Shown here: piece after piece, positions 26,527 through 38,983 of the stretch | Numbering within the stretch: the stretch's first letter is position 1 | Layout of the letters: every line of letters starts with the position of its first letter | Source of the DNA: the human T2T-CHM13v2.0 reference genome, Homo sapiens | Assembly: GCF_009914755.1 (NCBI RefSeq) | Contig: NC_060935.1 | Length of the DNA stretch: 64,000 bases | Reading direction: 5' to 3' (one strand) | Made by a program: the position numbers and the translations under genes | The notes under the pieces: generated by a model | Database searches by the model: none | The model's input: only the letters and a program-made list of their open reading frames with translations | Told to the model about the DNA's origin: nothing

Positions 26527-27937
26527 TATTCTGTGACAAGGGATCCATTCATACCTAAGAGGACACATGAGCTCCAGTATACATGTCCAAGCATGTTCTG
26601 AGCAACACTGTAAGAGGCCAAAAGTGGAAACAACCCAAGTGCCCATCAACAGCACAAACATTTATACCATTGAATGCCTTACGGCAAGGTAACAGGATCA
26701 AGTACAGCTACATGGAACACATAGATGAGGGAAATAAAACACAAAATACATTAAAATATAAAAAGCACAATTCTATGTATATAAGGTTACATAACATTTT
26801 CAAAATCAGCAACGTTTTAATTAATTTAATTAATTTAGAATTCTCCTGCAGAGGAGTTTTCTCTCTTTTCTCCAATGTGTTAATTTATTTAATCATTTAT
26901 TTACAACAGCACAGATTAATATTTATTTTATATTTTGGAATATGATATAGTAGTATTTTAGTTTGTTCCTTAAATTGTTCAAGATTTGGCCATTGGGAGC
27001 TGTTTTATTGGTTTTTGTACCCCTCTAAAATTACCCCATCAATGCTTTTGTTTGTTTTCTATTTATCACATCCTTATTTTCCAGCACTCCAAGATGCTCT
27101 AGGCCCTTTCTGTATATTTCCTTTCCAGATTTAGAAACTGTATTTCTTCATCAGTATTGCTAGATTGTTTTTTTCTTTAAAAGTGTTAGATTTCAGTTTT
27201 ATTAATCATCTTTTTAAAAAAACATATTGTCCCTTTTATTTGTAATTCTATTTTTATTTTAATGTTTTATTTTTTGTTTTGGTTTTGTTTTACTAATTGC
27301 TTGACTTCAACATAAAAAAAGTTTTAGAAATGTGGTTATTAATTTTCAAGTAAATATGATTGGATTCAGGTTTTTTATTTTTAACCTTCAATATTATTTC
27401 ACTGAGGTCCAGATGTGCTGAATTTATTGACCTATTAAATTTTAATTGACATTTATTTTGTAGTCTTGTATTGGGAAATTCTTCTGTTTTCTATATATTT
27501 TTGGTTGTTGCAGGTTATATGATCAAAATTGTTGTTTGTTGTGCAAATTATTATAGCATTACTAGTTTTGTTCTCTGCACTATTGATTTCTGAGAAAACG
27601 GTGTTACGGGGAAAAAACAAACTTCCATCATGAGTGCAGATTTTTCAGTTTTACCTTATAACTCTCAGTCTTGGCTATGTGTCACTGTTATGTGTTTAGG
27701 TGCGTTAAGTTCATCACTGTAATGTTTTCCTAGTGAATTTTCTTTTCAATAACTATGAAATGTGCTCCTTTGATCCTATCAATACACTGGATATTAATAT
27801 TGTTGCCCTAGGTTTCTTTTGTTTAATATTTGTCTGGATTGCCTGTTCCCATAAATTGACCTTTAATCAGTTAGCTTTGTTCTTAAGATTGGTTTAAAAC
27901 GTAGAATAATAGGGAGGAGCATGGGAGGGTGGGACGT

Positions 27938-28010
27938 CTAATGTAAATCCAGCCCAGTGATTACATTAGCTGGGCGCTGATTAGGTTAGGATGTTGCCCA
28001 GGTACAAGGC
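27938..28010 (+). promoter_or_regulatory. Predicted SRSF8 promoter, paralogous to the KDM4F promoter, with DUX4-type motifs
   Basis: TGATTACATTA 27958-27968, TGATTAGGTTA 27978-27988 (perfect, rc TAACCTAATCA); TATA position changed to TACAAG 28003-28008. Confidence 0.8.
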
Positions 28011-28270
28011 CAGGATCTTCGGGACCTGGCTTCATTTGGAGTTCAGCTACCAAAAGGAAACCTTCCTCTGGGTCCTGGAGTATTTGGCCTGAAATTGGGA
28101 ACTCGGAAGTTGCTGCTCCAGGGCGCTCCCTGCGGAGCTCCGCCGCCCGCCTCTCCGCCCGGCCTTTCCCGGCGTCCCCACGCGGGGCGCAACCGCGAGA
28201 AAGAAACGCAGGTCGCACCGTCAGCGCCCAGAGCAGCGCCAGTTTCCGGGCCCGGGCTGCTCTCGGAGCC

Positions 28271-29119
28271 ATGAGCTGCGGCCGCCCCCCTCCCGACGTG
28301 GACGGCATGATCACCCTCAAGGTGGACAACCTGACCTACCGCACCTCTCCCGACAGCTTGAGGCGCGTGTTCGAGAAGTACGGGCGCGTGGGCGACGTGT
28401 ACATCCCGCGGGAGCCCCACACCAAGGCGCCCCGGGGCTTCGCTTTCGTCCGCTTTCACGACCGGCGCGACGCCCAAGACGCCGAGGCCGCCATGGACGG
28501 GGCGGAGCTGGACGGACGCGAGCTGCGGGTGCAGGTGGCGCGCTATGGCCGCCGGGACCTGCCCCGCAGCCGCCAGGGAGAGCCACGCGGCAGGTCCAGA
28601 GGCGGCGGCTACGGACGGCGGAGCCGCAGCTACGGGCGGCGGAGCCGCAGCCCCAGGCGGCGACACCGCAGCCGATCCCGGGGTCCCAGCTGCTCCAGGT
28701 CCCGCAGCCGATCTCGCTATAGGGGTTCTCGCTATAGCCGGTCTCCCTACAGCCGATCTCCTTACAGCCGGTCGCGCTACAGCCGCTCTCCCTACAGCAG
28801 ATCTCGCTACAGGGAATCTCGCTACGGCGGATCTCACTACAGCTCATCTGGTTACAGTAACTCTCGCTACAGCCGATATCACAGCAGCCGGTCTCACTCG
28901 AAGTCTGGGTCCTCCACTAGCTCTCGCTCTGCATCAACCTCCAAATCGAGCTCTGCGCGACGATCCAAGTCCTCCTCGGTCTCCAGGTCTCGCTCGCGGT
29001 CCAGGTCTTCATCTATGACCAGGAGTCCTCCCCGGGTATCCAAGAGGAAATCCAAGTCAAGGTCGCGATCCAAGAGGCCCCCCAAGTCTCCTGAAGAGGA
29101 AGGACAGATGTCCTCTTAA
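28271..29119 (+). CDS. SRSF8: Serine/arginine-rich splicing factor 8 (SRp46/SFRS2B), intronless SRSF2 retrogene, 282 aa
   Basis: gagccATG; RRM with LKVDNL and RGFAFVRF; RS domain; SRSF2-like termini MSxGRPPPDV..PPKSPEEEG; CpG island. Confidence 0.97.
   Translation: MSCGRPPPDVDGMITLKVDNLTYRTSPDSLRRVFEKYGRVGDVYIPREPHTKAPRGFAFVRFHDRRDAQDAEAAMDGAELDGRELRVQVARYGRRDLPRSRQGEPRGRSRGGGYGRRSRSYGRRSRSPRRRHRSRSRGPSCSRSRSRSRYRGSRYSRSPYSRSPYSRSRYSRSPYSRSRYRESRYGGSHYSSSGYSNSRYSRYHSSRSHSKSGSSTSSRSASTSKSSSARRSKSSSVSRSRSRSRSSSMTRSPPRVSKRKSKSRSRSKRPPKSPEEEGQMSS
28712..28891 (+). repeat. Coding 15-bp tandem repeat, 12 units (consensus tctcgctacagccga = SRYSR)
   Basis: Units read directly: tctcgctataggggt, tctcgctatagccgg, tctccctacagccga, tctccttacagccgg, ... 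Confidence 0.92.
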
Positions 29120-30148
29120 GAAAATGATGCATCAGGAAGCAACGTGATGGAGGACTTGGGGGAAAAGGATCACATACTCAGTCTATGGAAGCAACGTCCC
29201 TGGAAGAAGAGGCTGCCTATTGAAAAGGTTGTGTCACACTTTTCTACCTTTTTGCCAGTTTGAAGCTTTGCATCAGGTGGCAAAATTCATTCTATGTGCC
29301 GTTTTGTTGTTATTCACATTTTATTGTAACTTAGGAGGTGAACGACCTAAGATTACGTTATTGGGTTTGGATATTTGAGGCAAAAATTTATTTTTATTTC
29401 TATAGTGATGACTGTTTTGGTTTGAAATGAACAGATTGGTAACCTAATTTGTGGCCTCCTGACTTTTAAGGAAACGTGTGCAGCCATTACACACAGCCTA
29501 ACGCTGTCAAGACATTGCTTCAACATTGCCTTCATTCCTTAAAAACCTACAAAAGGTGGTGTAAATTAATATGGATAATTTTATTTACCTCCAGGTCTAA
29601 AAGGTAGTGTGACCCAAATTTGTATAAAGATTTTTCATGTGAAAGGACTGGGGTTTTAGCAAACACAGGTCTAATCTCTTTTGTGTTTTTGTGCACCAGG
29701 CCCGGCTGCGTAGCAGTTGAGTGATGCTGGTTAGCTATTAAGGTGGCCTGTTGCAGTGCAGAGTGCTGAGCTGCTTCCTGTTTTCTTCTGATTGCTCCTG
29801 GGGAAAACACGCCTTGTCCTGAAGAACAAATGGCTGTCCAGTTTATTAAAATGCCTGTCAACTGCACTTCCAGTCACCCAGGCCTTGCAGATAAATAATG
29901 GAGCATGCAGTGAGCACATCTAGCTGACGATAATCACACCTTTTCCCCCGTCTTTTCTGAAAAATTGTAAATCTGATCATATCAACATGTATGAACTTAA
30001 AATATGGAGAATGTTATGGAAGAAATAGTTTATAAGTTTGTTAAGTACTTATAACATGGTTTATCTTTTTGATTATTAATTTTTTACGCTAACCATTGTT
30101 TCTGTAGTTAAAATTGTTTTCTTGGTGTTATCTTTTCTCAGAATAAAA
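29120..30148 (+). other. SRSF2-derived 3'UTR of SRSF8, ending in an A-rich tail remnant
   Basis: Paralogous to 66-834; ends ttttctcagaataaaa, after which KDM4-unit intron homology resumes. Confidence 0.85.
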
Positions 30149-30894
30149 TTAGAAACTTTTGATGGAAAGTAGGTTGTTTTATTTTCTGTATGACTTTTGA
30201 ATATTTGTACTTTTGAGAAAATTATTAGCACCAAGTGTTTCTCAAAATATAATTTTTAAAAAATCCTTAATAGGCTTTTAGCTATGTGCTTTATTGTTTT
30301 ATCACAATGCAGTTTATTTGTAGTTTCTCTCTTTTTTCCTCACACCTATGGTTTTTTTACTTCCAAAATTATTTTCAAATAATCCATTTTTGGCTTTCAT
30401 CATTATCCCTACTAGATGTTATGTGTTCTTTTGCAATTGTTTCTGCTTATACCTTTACTAGCAAAGGGAAAAATAACAATTTGGTGTCAATGATCTGGTG
30501 AAAATAGGATTACATTGGAGCCAATTGAATAAATTTATTCTTTCAATCATATGGATCTTCATTAATATTTTTGACTGAATTATCAATTAAAAATATTTCA
30601 TTCCCTTTGTGCAGAAACTGCTAAATCCAGGGTTCGATTCTTGAATGAACTGGCAAGCTGGCTGTGGTCTGTAGATATACATCCCACATTTTGTTGTTAT
30701 AACAGTTAGTAGTTAGTATTGCTTTCATATATAGACTCCAGAATCTAAATTTTACGATAATGACATTTCTTCTGGTCATGACAAATGTAATATTTTACAA
30801 ATATAAATCTACGTAGAATCCAAAGACACACACGGAGCAGTCCTGTCTGAGAAATAAAAAATCAGGACACCCATGGCATCGTAGTAGCCCCTCG

Positions 30895-30913
30895 CGTCCA
30901 GCAGGTGGCGAAG
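30895..30913 (+). promoter_or_regulatory. CTCF-like motif
   Basis: cgtCCAGCAGGTGGCGaag matches the CCASYAGRKGGCR core; local CpG retention. Confidence 0.55.
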
Positions 30914-31067
30914 GGAGGTGAGGTTTATTTATTAAATGGGACCGAGTGGGACGGGGACGGGGCAGCCCTAAGGGTAGGGAAGCATTGTCAATTTCTGGGG
31001 ATAGAATGAGACCCAGGCATAGCTGGAGTTTGAAGCTTTGAAGCAAAAATATCTGTAGAACATCTTA

Positions 31068-31585
<518 letters not shown>

Positions 31586-31589
31586 CATG

Positions 31590-32010
31590 AAGAAGAGTGA
31601 TGTGACATGTTTTGCATTTTATTAGTACCATGATCTAACCAACTGAGCTAACTGGCCACACCATTTTATCCTTTATAATGATCACTATGAGGGCTGAGTG
31701 CAGAATGGAGTGTATGTGGTCAAGAGTGGAAGCTGTGAGGCTATTGCAGTAATCCAGAAAGAAAGGTGACAATGGCTTAGACTTCAGTGGTAGTGTTGGA
31801 AATGGACATAAATAGACATATTCAGGAAATATATTGATCTTAGATCTAATAAGACACGTAATAGATTAGAAGTAGGGAAATTAATGAAAAAGCAGAATTA
31901 AGGATGACTTCTCACTGGCTTGAAATGCTAAATGGATGACGGTGCTGTTTAGTGAGTTGGGGAAGACTGGGCGTGGTGATGGGTGTAGAAATTGAGAAAG
32001 GAAAATCAAG
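31590..32010 (+). mobile_element. L2 fragment
   Basis: gaggctattgcagtaatccag..gtgacaatggcttagact..aaggatgacttc. Confidence 0.65.
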
Positions 32011-32039
32011 AATTTCCAGAACTTTCAGAGCAATGTTAA

Positions 32040-33820
32040 ATACTTTCCTTGATAGTGGGTCAGTCATCATTTATAAGTGCATTTCTAAAAATATTGCTTA
32101 ATTTTGTTTTTGAGCTTTGTATAAGTGGAATTTTGTGTGTACTGATTATTTTGCTCAATACTATGTCTTTAAGATTCTCTGTATTGTTGCATGTGGCTGA
32201 GTTTATTTTTGATGCTGTGTAGTGTTTTACTAATTAATAAATCATAATTCAGTTTTTACTGTTCTATTGATGGACATCTGGGTTGTTTCCTATTTTAGTT
32301 ATTCTGAATAAGGAAGCAATGAATATTTTTATACATAAAACCTGATGTACACGTGTATATATATTTCAGGTATCAATCCCAAAAGTGCATTTGCTGGGTT
32401 ATAGATCAAGTACATATTCAATTTTGTTAGATAATTTTCAACTATTTTCCAAAGTAGTTCTACCAATATATACTATTATCATCAATTGATGAGAATTCTA
32501 CTTGCTCCACATCCTCATTAACACTTGTTAACGTCAGACCTTTTAATATTTGCAAATCTGATGGGTATATAGTGGTATTTCATTTGGTTTTAATTTTCTT
32601 TACCCTGATTACCAAAAGGTTGTAGCTTTTTATTTGTTTGTTTTTTAGCCACTTGGATATCCTCCTTTGTGAAGTGCCTTTTCAATAATTTGTCCACCTT
32701 CCTATTGGGTCACCTGTCTTTTCTTAACAATTTAAAAGTATTTTCTATGTATCTGGATCTTATTTGTCTTTATGTCCTATAAATATATTTTCCCATTCTG
32801 TGGCTTGTTTTTTAATTCACTTTATGATGTCTTTTGATGAGTTATTTTTACACTAATGTAGCTAAATTCTTCAAACATTTTGTGGTTAGTGTTTTATATG
32901 TCTTGTTTTCTAATTTGAAGCAGTAAAGATAGTTTCATATATTATTTCCTATACTCAGTATAGTATTGTCTTTCAGCATTTAGTACTTTAACACAACTGA
33001 AATTGATTTTTGTGCATGTGGTGAGGTAAAAATCTAACATAATTTTTTTCCTACTTGGATATCAATTTTTAAAGCACTATTTATTGAAAACTCCTTTCCT
33101 ATCCAATCTGCCACCTCTACCATATATTAGTATCCATACTGGGTAAGTTTACTTCTGGATTCACTATTTATTTCTATTGAGATATATACATATACATACT
33201 GTGTATGTGTATATATACATGTATACACATACATATACATATATAAAGATGTAGATATATATAGAAGATATAAAAGATATATAGTCTGTAATATATAACA
33301 TATATATAATTTTATGTAAATAGAATATAAAGTCTAAAATATATTTTATTTATATTTCATATATATTATGTATACTTATATATAATATATAAATATATAA
33401 TGTAATTATGTATTATATATATAGAGAGAGAGACAGGCAGAGACAGAGACAGAGAGAGACAGAATCTTGCTCTGTTGCCCAGGCTGGAGTGCAGTGTTGT
33501 GATCTTGGCTAACTGCAGCCTCGACTTTTTGGGCCCAAGTCATCATCTCACTTCAGCCTCCCAAGTAGCTGGGACTACAGGCACACACCACCACATCCAG
33601 CTAACTTTTGTATTTTTTATGGAGATGAGGTTTTGCCATGTTGCCTAGACTGGTCTTGAACTCCTGAGCTCAAGTGATCTGTCCGCCTTGGCCCCTATTA
33701 GTATGTTTTTTCCATGCCTGCACCTAATACTGTCTTAATTACTTCAGCTTTATAATAAACCTTGATATCTAATAAAGCAAGTTCTCTCATCTTGTCTTCA
33801 TCAAGAGTGGCTTAGCTATT
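32040..33820 (-). mobile_element. Old L1 (L1ME-type) interrupted by (TA)n/(GA)n (33180-33460) and an AluJ (~33455-33695)
   Basis: gttctattgatggacatctgggttgtttcc; cttgctccacatcctcattaacacttg; Alu tcttgctctgttgcccaggctggagtgcagtg. Confidence 0.75.
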
Positions 33821-34404
33821 CTTGGTGTTCCTCTTCCAGGAGAAGTGGATAACAAGATGAGATACTGAAAGTTCTACCCCTTGAACGGTTTTTCCCTTCT
33901 CCAGAATTGCTCAGGGACATACTGTGTAGGTTATAATGCCACCATGACCCATGCTAATGGTTGTAGCCACTTATGCACAGCCATTTGTAACTGAGCTTGA
34001 TAATTTTACTTCCTCAATCAATTGCTTACCAGAGAATTCCCTACAAGGCTATATGTGAAGACTGGAAGAGGATAGCAGAGTGGCAAGAGCAGGCATACTG
34101 GGGACTATAAGTCACCTGCTTATGTGATTTACTTGTGTCTTCAGAACATGTCCCATCTTGGTCATTTCAGTCTTATTTCTGCTTGAGGGCAGAGAGCTGG
34201 CAGGTGTGACTCACTTTGTGTCTTGTTAGGTCAGTCATCACCCAGCTCATGATGGGAGGCTCAGGTCATATGCTCACCTATGGTCAAGTTTTTTTTATCT
34301 CTGCCAGGGCCCAAGAGCAAGTGAAGAGCTTCCAATGGAGAACTGTCATTTACTCAAGAGGAGAGTTATCTACTAAATACAGCATGGATTTGCTTCAGAA
34401 ACCC

Positions 34405-35018
34405 AGAACAGTGGTTCTCAAACAGAAATGTACATTTGAATCCTGTGGGGATCATGTTAAAATGCAGATTTCAATTCAGTGAGTTTGGTCTGGGGCCTGA
34501 GATTCTGCATGTTTAATAAAATCCCAGGTATTGTCAGGGCTGCTGGTCATGGACCATTCTTTAAGTAGCAAGGATGTAGAAAACTCCATTGTGATTCTCC
34601 TGTGGGAACTTGATATGAAACATCAGTGTTTCTCAAAGTGTCCTTCCCCTCCTTGCAACAGCAGAATCAGTATCACCTGGAAACGTGTTAGAAAATTCCA
34701 GAATTGGTGAGGCCAATTCTAGGGCCTCACTTCCCAGACCTACCAAATTAGAAACTCTAAGATAGGACTCAGCAATCTGGTTTAACAAGCTCCCCAGGTG
34801 ATTCTGATATGCACTACAGTTTGAAAACCACTGTTCTCCATAGGTTGCTGGTTCTCAACCAATTAAATCAGTATCTCTGGAAGTGGGACATAGGTATCAA
34901 CACTATTTTTAAGTTCCCAAGCTGGGCGTGGTAGCGCATGCCTGTACTCCTAGCTACTCAGGAGGCTGAGGTGAGAGGATCCCTGGAGTCCAGGAGTTTA
35001 AGGCTGCAGTGAGCTATG
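34405..35018. mobile_element. Cluster of MER5-type hAT elements plus an Alu monomer (34921-35018)
   Basis: cagtggttctcaaa..ggggcctgagattctgcatgtttaataaaatcccagg; cagtgtttctcaaagtg..agtttgaaaaccactg. Confidence 0.75.
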
Positions 35019-36789
35019 AGTTTTGGGGGAAAATATTCTAAACCGTAACAAGGACCTATAATTACCATCTGAGACGGGAGTGGAAAATTAGTCTAATGAC
35101 ATTCAGACAAGAGCTTTGTAAGGTACTAAAATTGTGTGGTGTCTGTGTAAGCGTGTGAGTATATGTGTGTATTGACTTCTTCTTCCCTGCAGCAGTAAGG
35201 AGTGAAGCCTTTGTTCTCCCTTTGAAGTAGCAAGGAAGTAGGCAGGTAGGGAGATTTTAACTCCCTCTTCCACCAGGATGGAAATTAAAGAATACGGTGG
35301 GTGAACATAGAAAGAGGTGAAGAAGATGGGCCGAGTCCCAGCCGCATACTACAGAGAAGAAAGGAGACTTGAGGAAGCCTGCTTGGGTTTAGAGGGGCCT
35401 GGGGAACTTAGTTACAACAAAGGCTCTGTGCTATTCCTCACTGGGTGCTGGAAAGGACGTTCAGAGAGGGATTTCTCTTTTCACCGTATAACTAGAACTA
35501 TGGATTAAGGTTCTGGATGTCGGGGAAAATGTCCACTGTTAGGGTACTGTGTGGGAGAAGCTCCGCCCACCTCGTATTAGGCCTCCTGATGTAAGATGGG
35601 CCACAGGTTAGTGGGTTAGGTAATGTCTCTGGGGACTGGAGCCTTGCCATTGGCCAAAGAAGACAATCAGTCCCTTAGGTGGTATTCAAAGGGTGGAGAA
35701 AACTCTGTTGTAACAACATCTGAGATAAAAAGTTAAAAAGGTTTCAGTAACTGTAGTGAAGGGCCCTATGAAAGCAGTTCATACTGCTGAACTAGATTCT
35801 CAGAGTGGCTGCCACAAAACAGAAGTGTTGAGATGAAGCTAAAGGCCAGTCCTGAAAGCATGCAGCTTTCTACTCCGAGTTCTCCCACTACTTTCCCCTC
35901 TGTTCCCCTGCATTTCTGCATCTTCCTGCCACTTGAGTCCTCCCACCAGTACATGAAGGGTCAAGAGGCCTGTGCCAAAGTGGTGACTGTGATGAACCAA
36001 GATAGATTTCCCTGGGCCCAAGCCACTCCTTATATTGGCACCCAGCTGTGCAGCAAGCTTCCCTGGCATGGCTCCAGAGCTGCCGAGGGTTTCCTTCCTC
36101 GCTATCAAAGAGAGGGTGACTCCCAGGAACGTGTGCCTCTGTTTGTCCATTACAAATGACCTTGCATCCTTGTTACGAGAAATTCCAGGAAGGCAATTAC
36201 TCTGGATAGTAATAATGATTCTCTGTTAATTATTCCTTCCATCACCTCCTCCCTCACAGCCTCTTATTTTTCTTTTAATGGTGAAATAAATAAATGATGA
36301 TGTGGTTTTGTGTTTTCCCTCTCGTCACAAACTCAGCCCATCCATTGGCATGCTGTGTATCATGCATACAAAGTTGATTCTGAAGCGTGATGTGTTTAGT
36401 AAAGCAAACCTTTCCCTTACTCACCACTTTTACCTTTCCAGCAGTTAGTTACAGAGGAAAACCGGATGTAGAGCCAGCTGAACAGCAATTGAATCTGGCC
36501 TTGCCACTTTGTGGTCATGTGACTTTCAGAAAAAAATCGTTGATTTTCTCTGAGCCAAAATTACAGTGCAGGATTTTTGTGAAGATATTGTGCGATGTAA
36601 ATGTGACAGGCAAGTAGGAGGTGCTTGATAGATTTGAGCAAGAATTCTGTGCATTTATGCATTCTCCCTACCTCTAGGATAAGTCCGAGGGCAAGGACCT
36701 ACTCTCATATCCTTTATTTCTGTGATGCTCAGTTATACCACTGTCCTCACCACCACTCCCACAGCCCTACCCATTACTTTTTTAATTAA

Positions 36790-37527
36790 TGAGTTTTATT
36801 TTTTTAGAATAGTTTATGGCAAAACTGAGCAGAAGTTAGAGTTCTTCTATAGACCCTGTCCCCACATATGCATAGCCTCCCTCAGCAACATCCTCCACCA
36901 GAGTGGTGCATTTGTTACAGCTGATGAACCAATTGATGAACACACCATTATCACCCAAAGCTCATAGTTTATATTAGGATTCAGCCTTGGTGTTGCACGT
37001 TCTTTGAGTCTGGACAAATGACTTATAATGATAAGTATCCACTCTTATAGTATTATTCAGAGTAGTTTCACTGCCCTAAAACATCCTCTGTGTTCCACCC
37101 ATTCATCCCTCCTTAACCTCTGGCAACCACTACTGTTTTTACTGCCTCTATAGTTTTGCCTTTTCTACAATGTCATATAGTTGGAATCACAGAGTATGTA
37201 GCCTTTCAGATTGGCTTTTTTCACTTAGTAATATACATTTAAATTTCCTCCATGTCTTGTGGCTTGAAAGCTCCTTTCTTTTTATTGCCAAATAATATTC
37301 CATTGTCTGAATGTATCGCAGTTCATTTATTCATTCATGTATTGAAGGACATCTTGGTTGCTTCCAAGTTTTGCAATTATGAATAAAAATGATGTAAACA
37401 TTTATGTGCAGGCTTTTGTGTGGAGGAAAATATTCAGCTCATTTGGGTAAATACCAAAGAGCTTGCTTGTGGGATTACATGGTAAGAGTATGTTTAGTTT
37501 TATAAGAAACTGCCAAACTGTCTTCTA
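36790..37527 (-). mobile_element. L1MC-type 3' end
   Basis: ctccaccagagtggtgcatttgttacagctgatgaacc..cattatcacccaaagctcatagtttatattagg..taagaaactgccaaactgtctt. Confidence 0.8.
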
Positions 37528-38653
37528 TTACTTTCACTAGTAGGAAACTTCTTTTTTTCTCATGATCTACCCACGTATTTGTACAAAAGTTCACATATAC
37601 TTATTTGCAAATTCCTCTCCTTGTTGTACTTGGCCTTGTTGCAATGCTGCCAGGGCAAGGTCAAGATTTCAAAAACAATCAGGAGCCAGAAGAGCCAACC
37701 TTTCTTCAGAACTCCTTCACTAGCTTATTGAGCAATCTTTCAGTAAATCATCTCTTTCCTCTGGCTCTCCACTTCCTTATTTGGGCAAAGGGAGCTCTTA
37801 GCTATTTGCACCTGTGCTAGAGTTGGCACACAACAAGTTCAGACCAAAGCAAACACAATTTGTGCTCAATAAATGTTGGCTATTATTACTTATAAGCCCA
37901 CATTTGTAAGATGTGCATTAGAAACTACACTTGAATGCACACTTGTAGAGGTTGGTGTTTGGGTCTTGACTCTAAGATTTATTTTAAAATTTTAACTATA
38001 GGTTTTGACTGACTACCGGGCCACACTAAATTATTCATAAAGATTAACCATTACACTAACTATTTTGTGTATGTGTGAGAAGTCCTTTCCAGATATTTAG
38101 AAATAACTTCACCCTGATATGTATTTCACTGAGCTGTGACCATATAGAAATTAGAAGTTGGGGTTTTGTTCAGTGTTTTAGTTACCTATCATTGCTTTAA
38201 GTAGAAAACCACAAACAGTTGCTAGGAATTGGCTGCAGAGATAAGTGGGAAGGAAACCCATATAAGTTGAATAGAACCAGGGTAATGAACAGCCCCTCAC
38301 TCCAGCTGCCTTGCAGATCCCACTCTGCTCACCAGCCTCTCAAGATGAAATTTCTAACATTCTCTAGTTGCTCCTCATTGCCACTGATCTGTAGCAACTG
38401 TCAGGGTAACACCTGGGGACCCTTCTCACTAATCCGCAGCAAGTGCTGGATGTTATGGAGATAAGCAGTTTCGGGTAGACAAAGGAGGGGAAAACCTGAG
38501 TGCTGTAGGGAAAGGGTGTCATTGTTAGAGGTGCCACCTTACAAAAATGTAATATTTGTACTACTGGTATCCTGGCATTCAGTTTCCTTGTGTCCTAATA
38601 GTTCAGGGCCCTCCACCCAAAAAAGTACCACACCCAGGCCTGTGGATCTCTGA

Positions 38654-38983
<330 letters not shown>

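Larger units (their letters stand above)
19984..28103 (+). repeat. Upstream/promoter block of the KDM4 unit, copy B (now upstream of SRSF8); has ~4 kb absent from copy A
   Basis: Colinear with 5093-7740 and 7741-9497. Confidence 0.92.

Noticed and set aside
28712-28891. Regularly spaced repeats as a CRISPR-like array
   Set aside because: Head-to-tail coding minisatellite with no spacers, in eukaryotic DNA
27961-29085. Long antisense and alternative-frame ORFs over SRSF8 (264, 176, 157, 122 aa)
   Set aside because: Expected from GC-rich, stop-poor repetitive RS coding sequence; low-complexity products with no independent support
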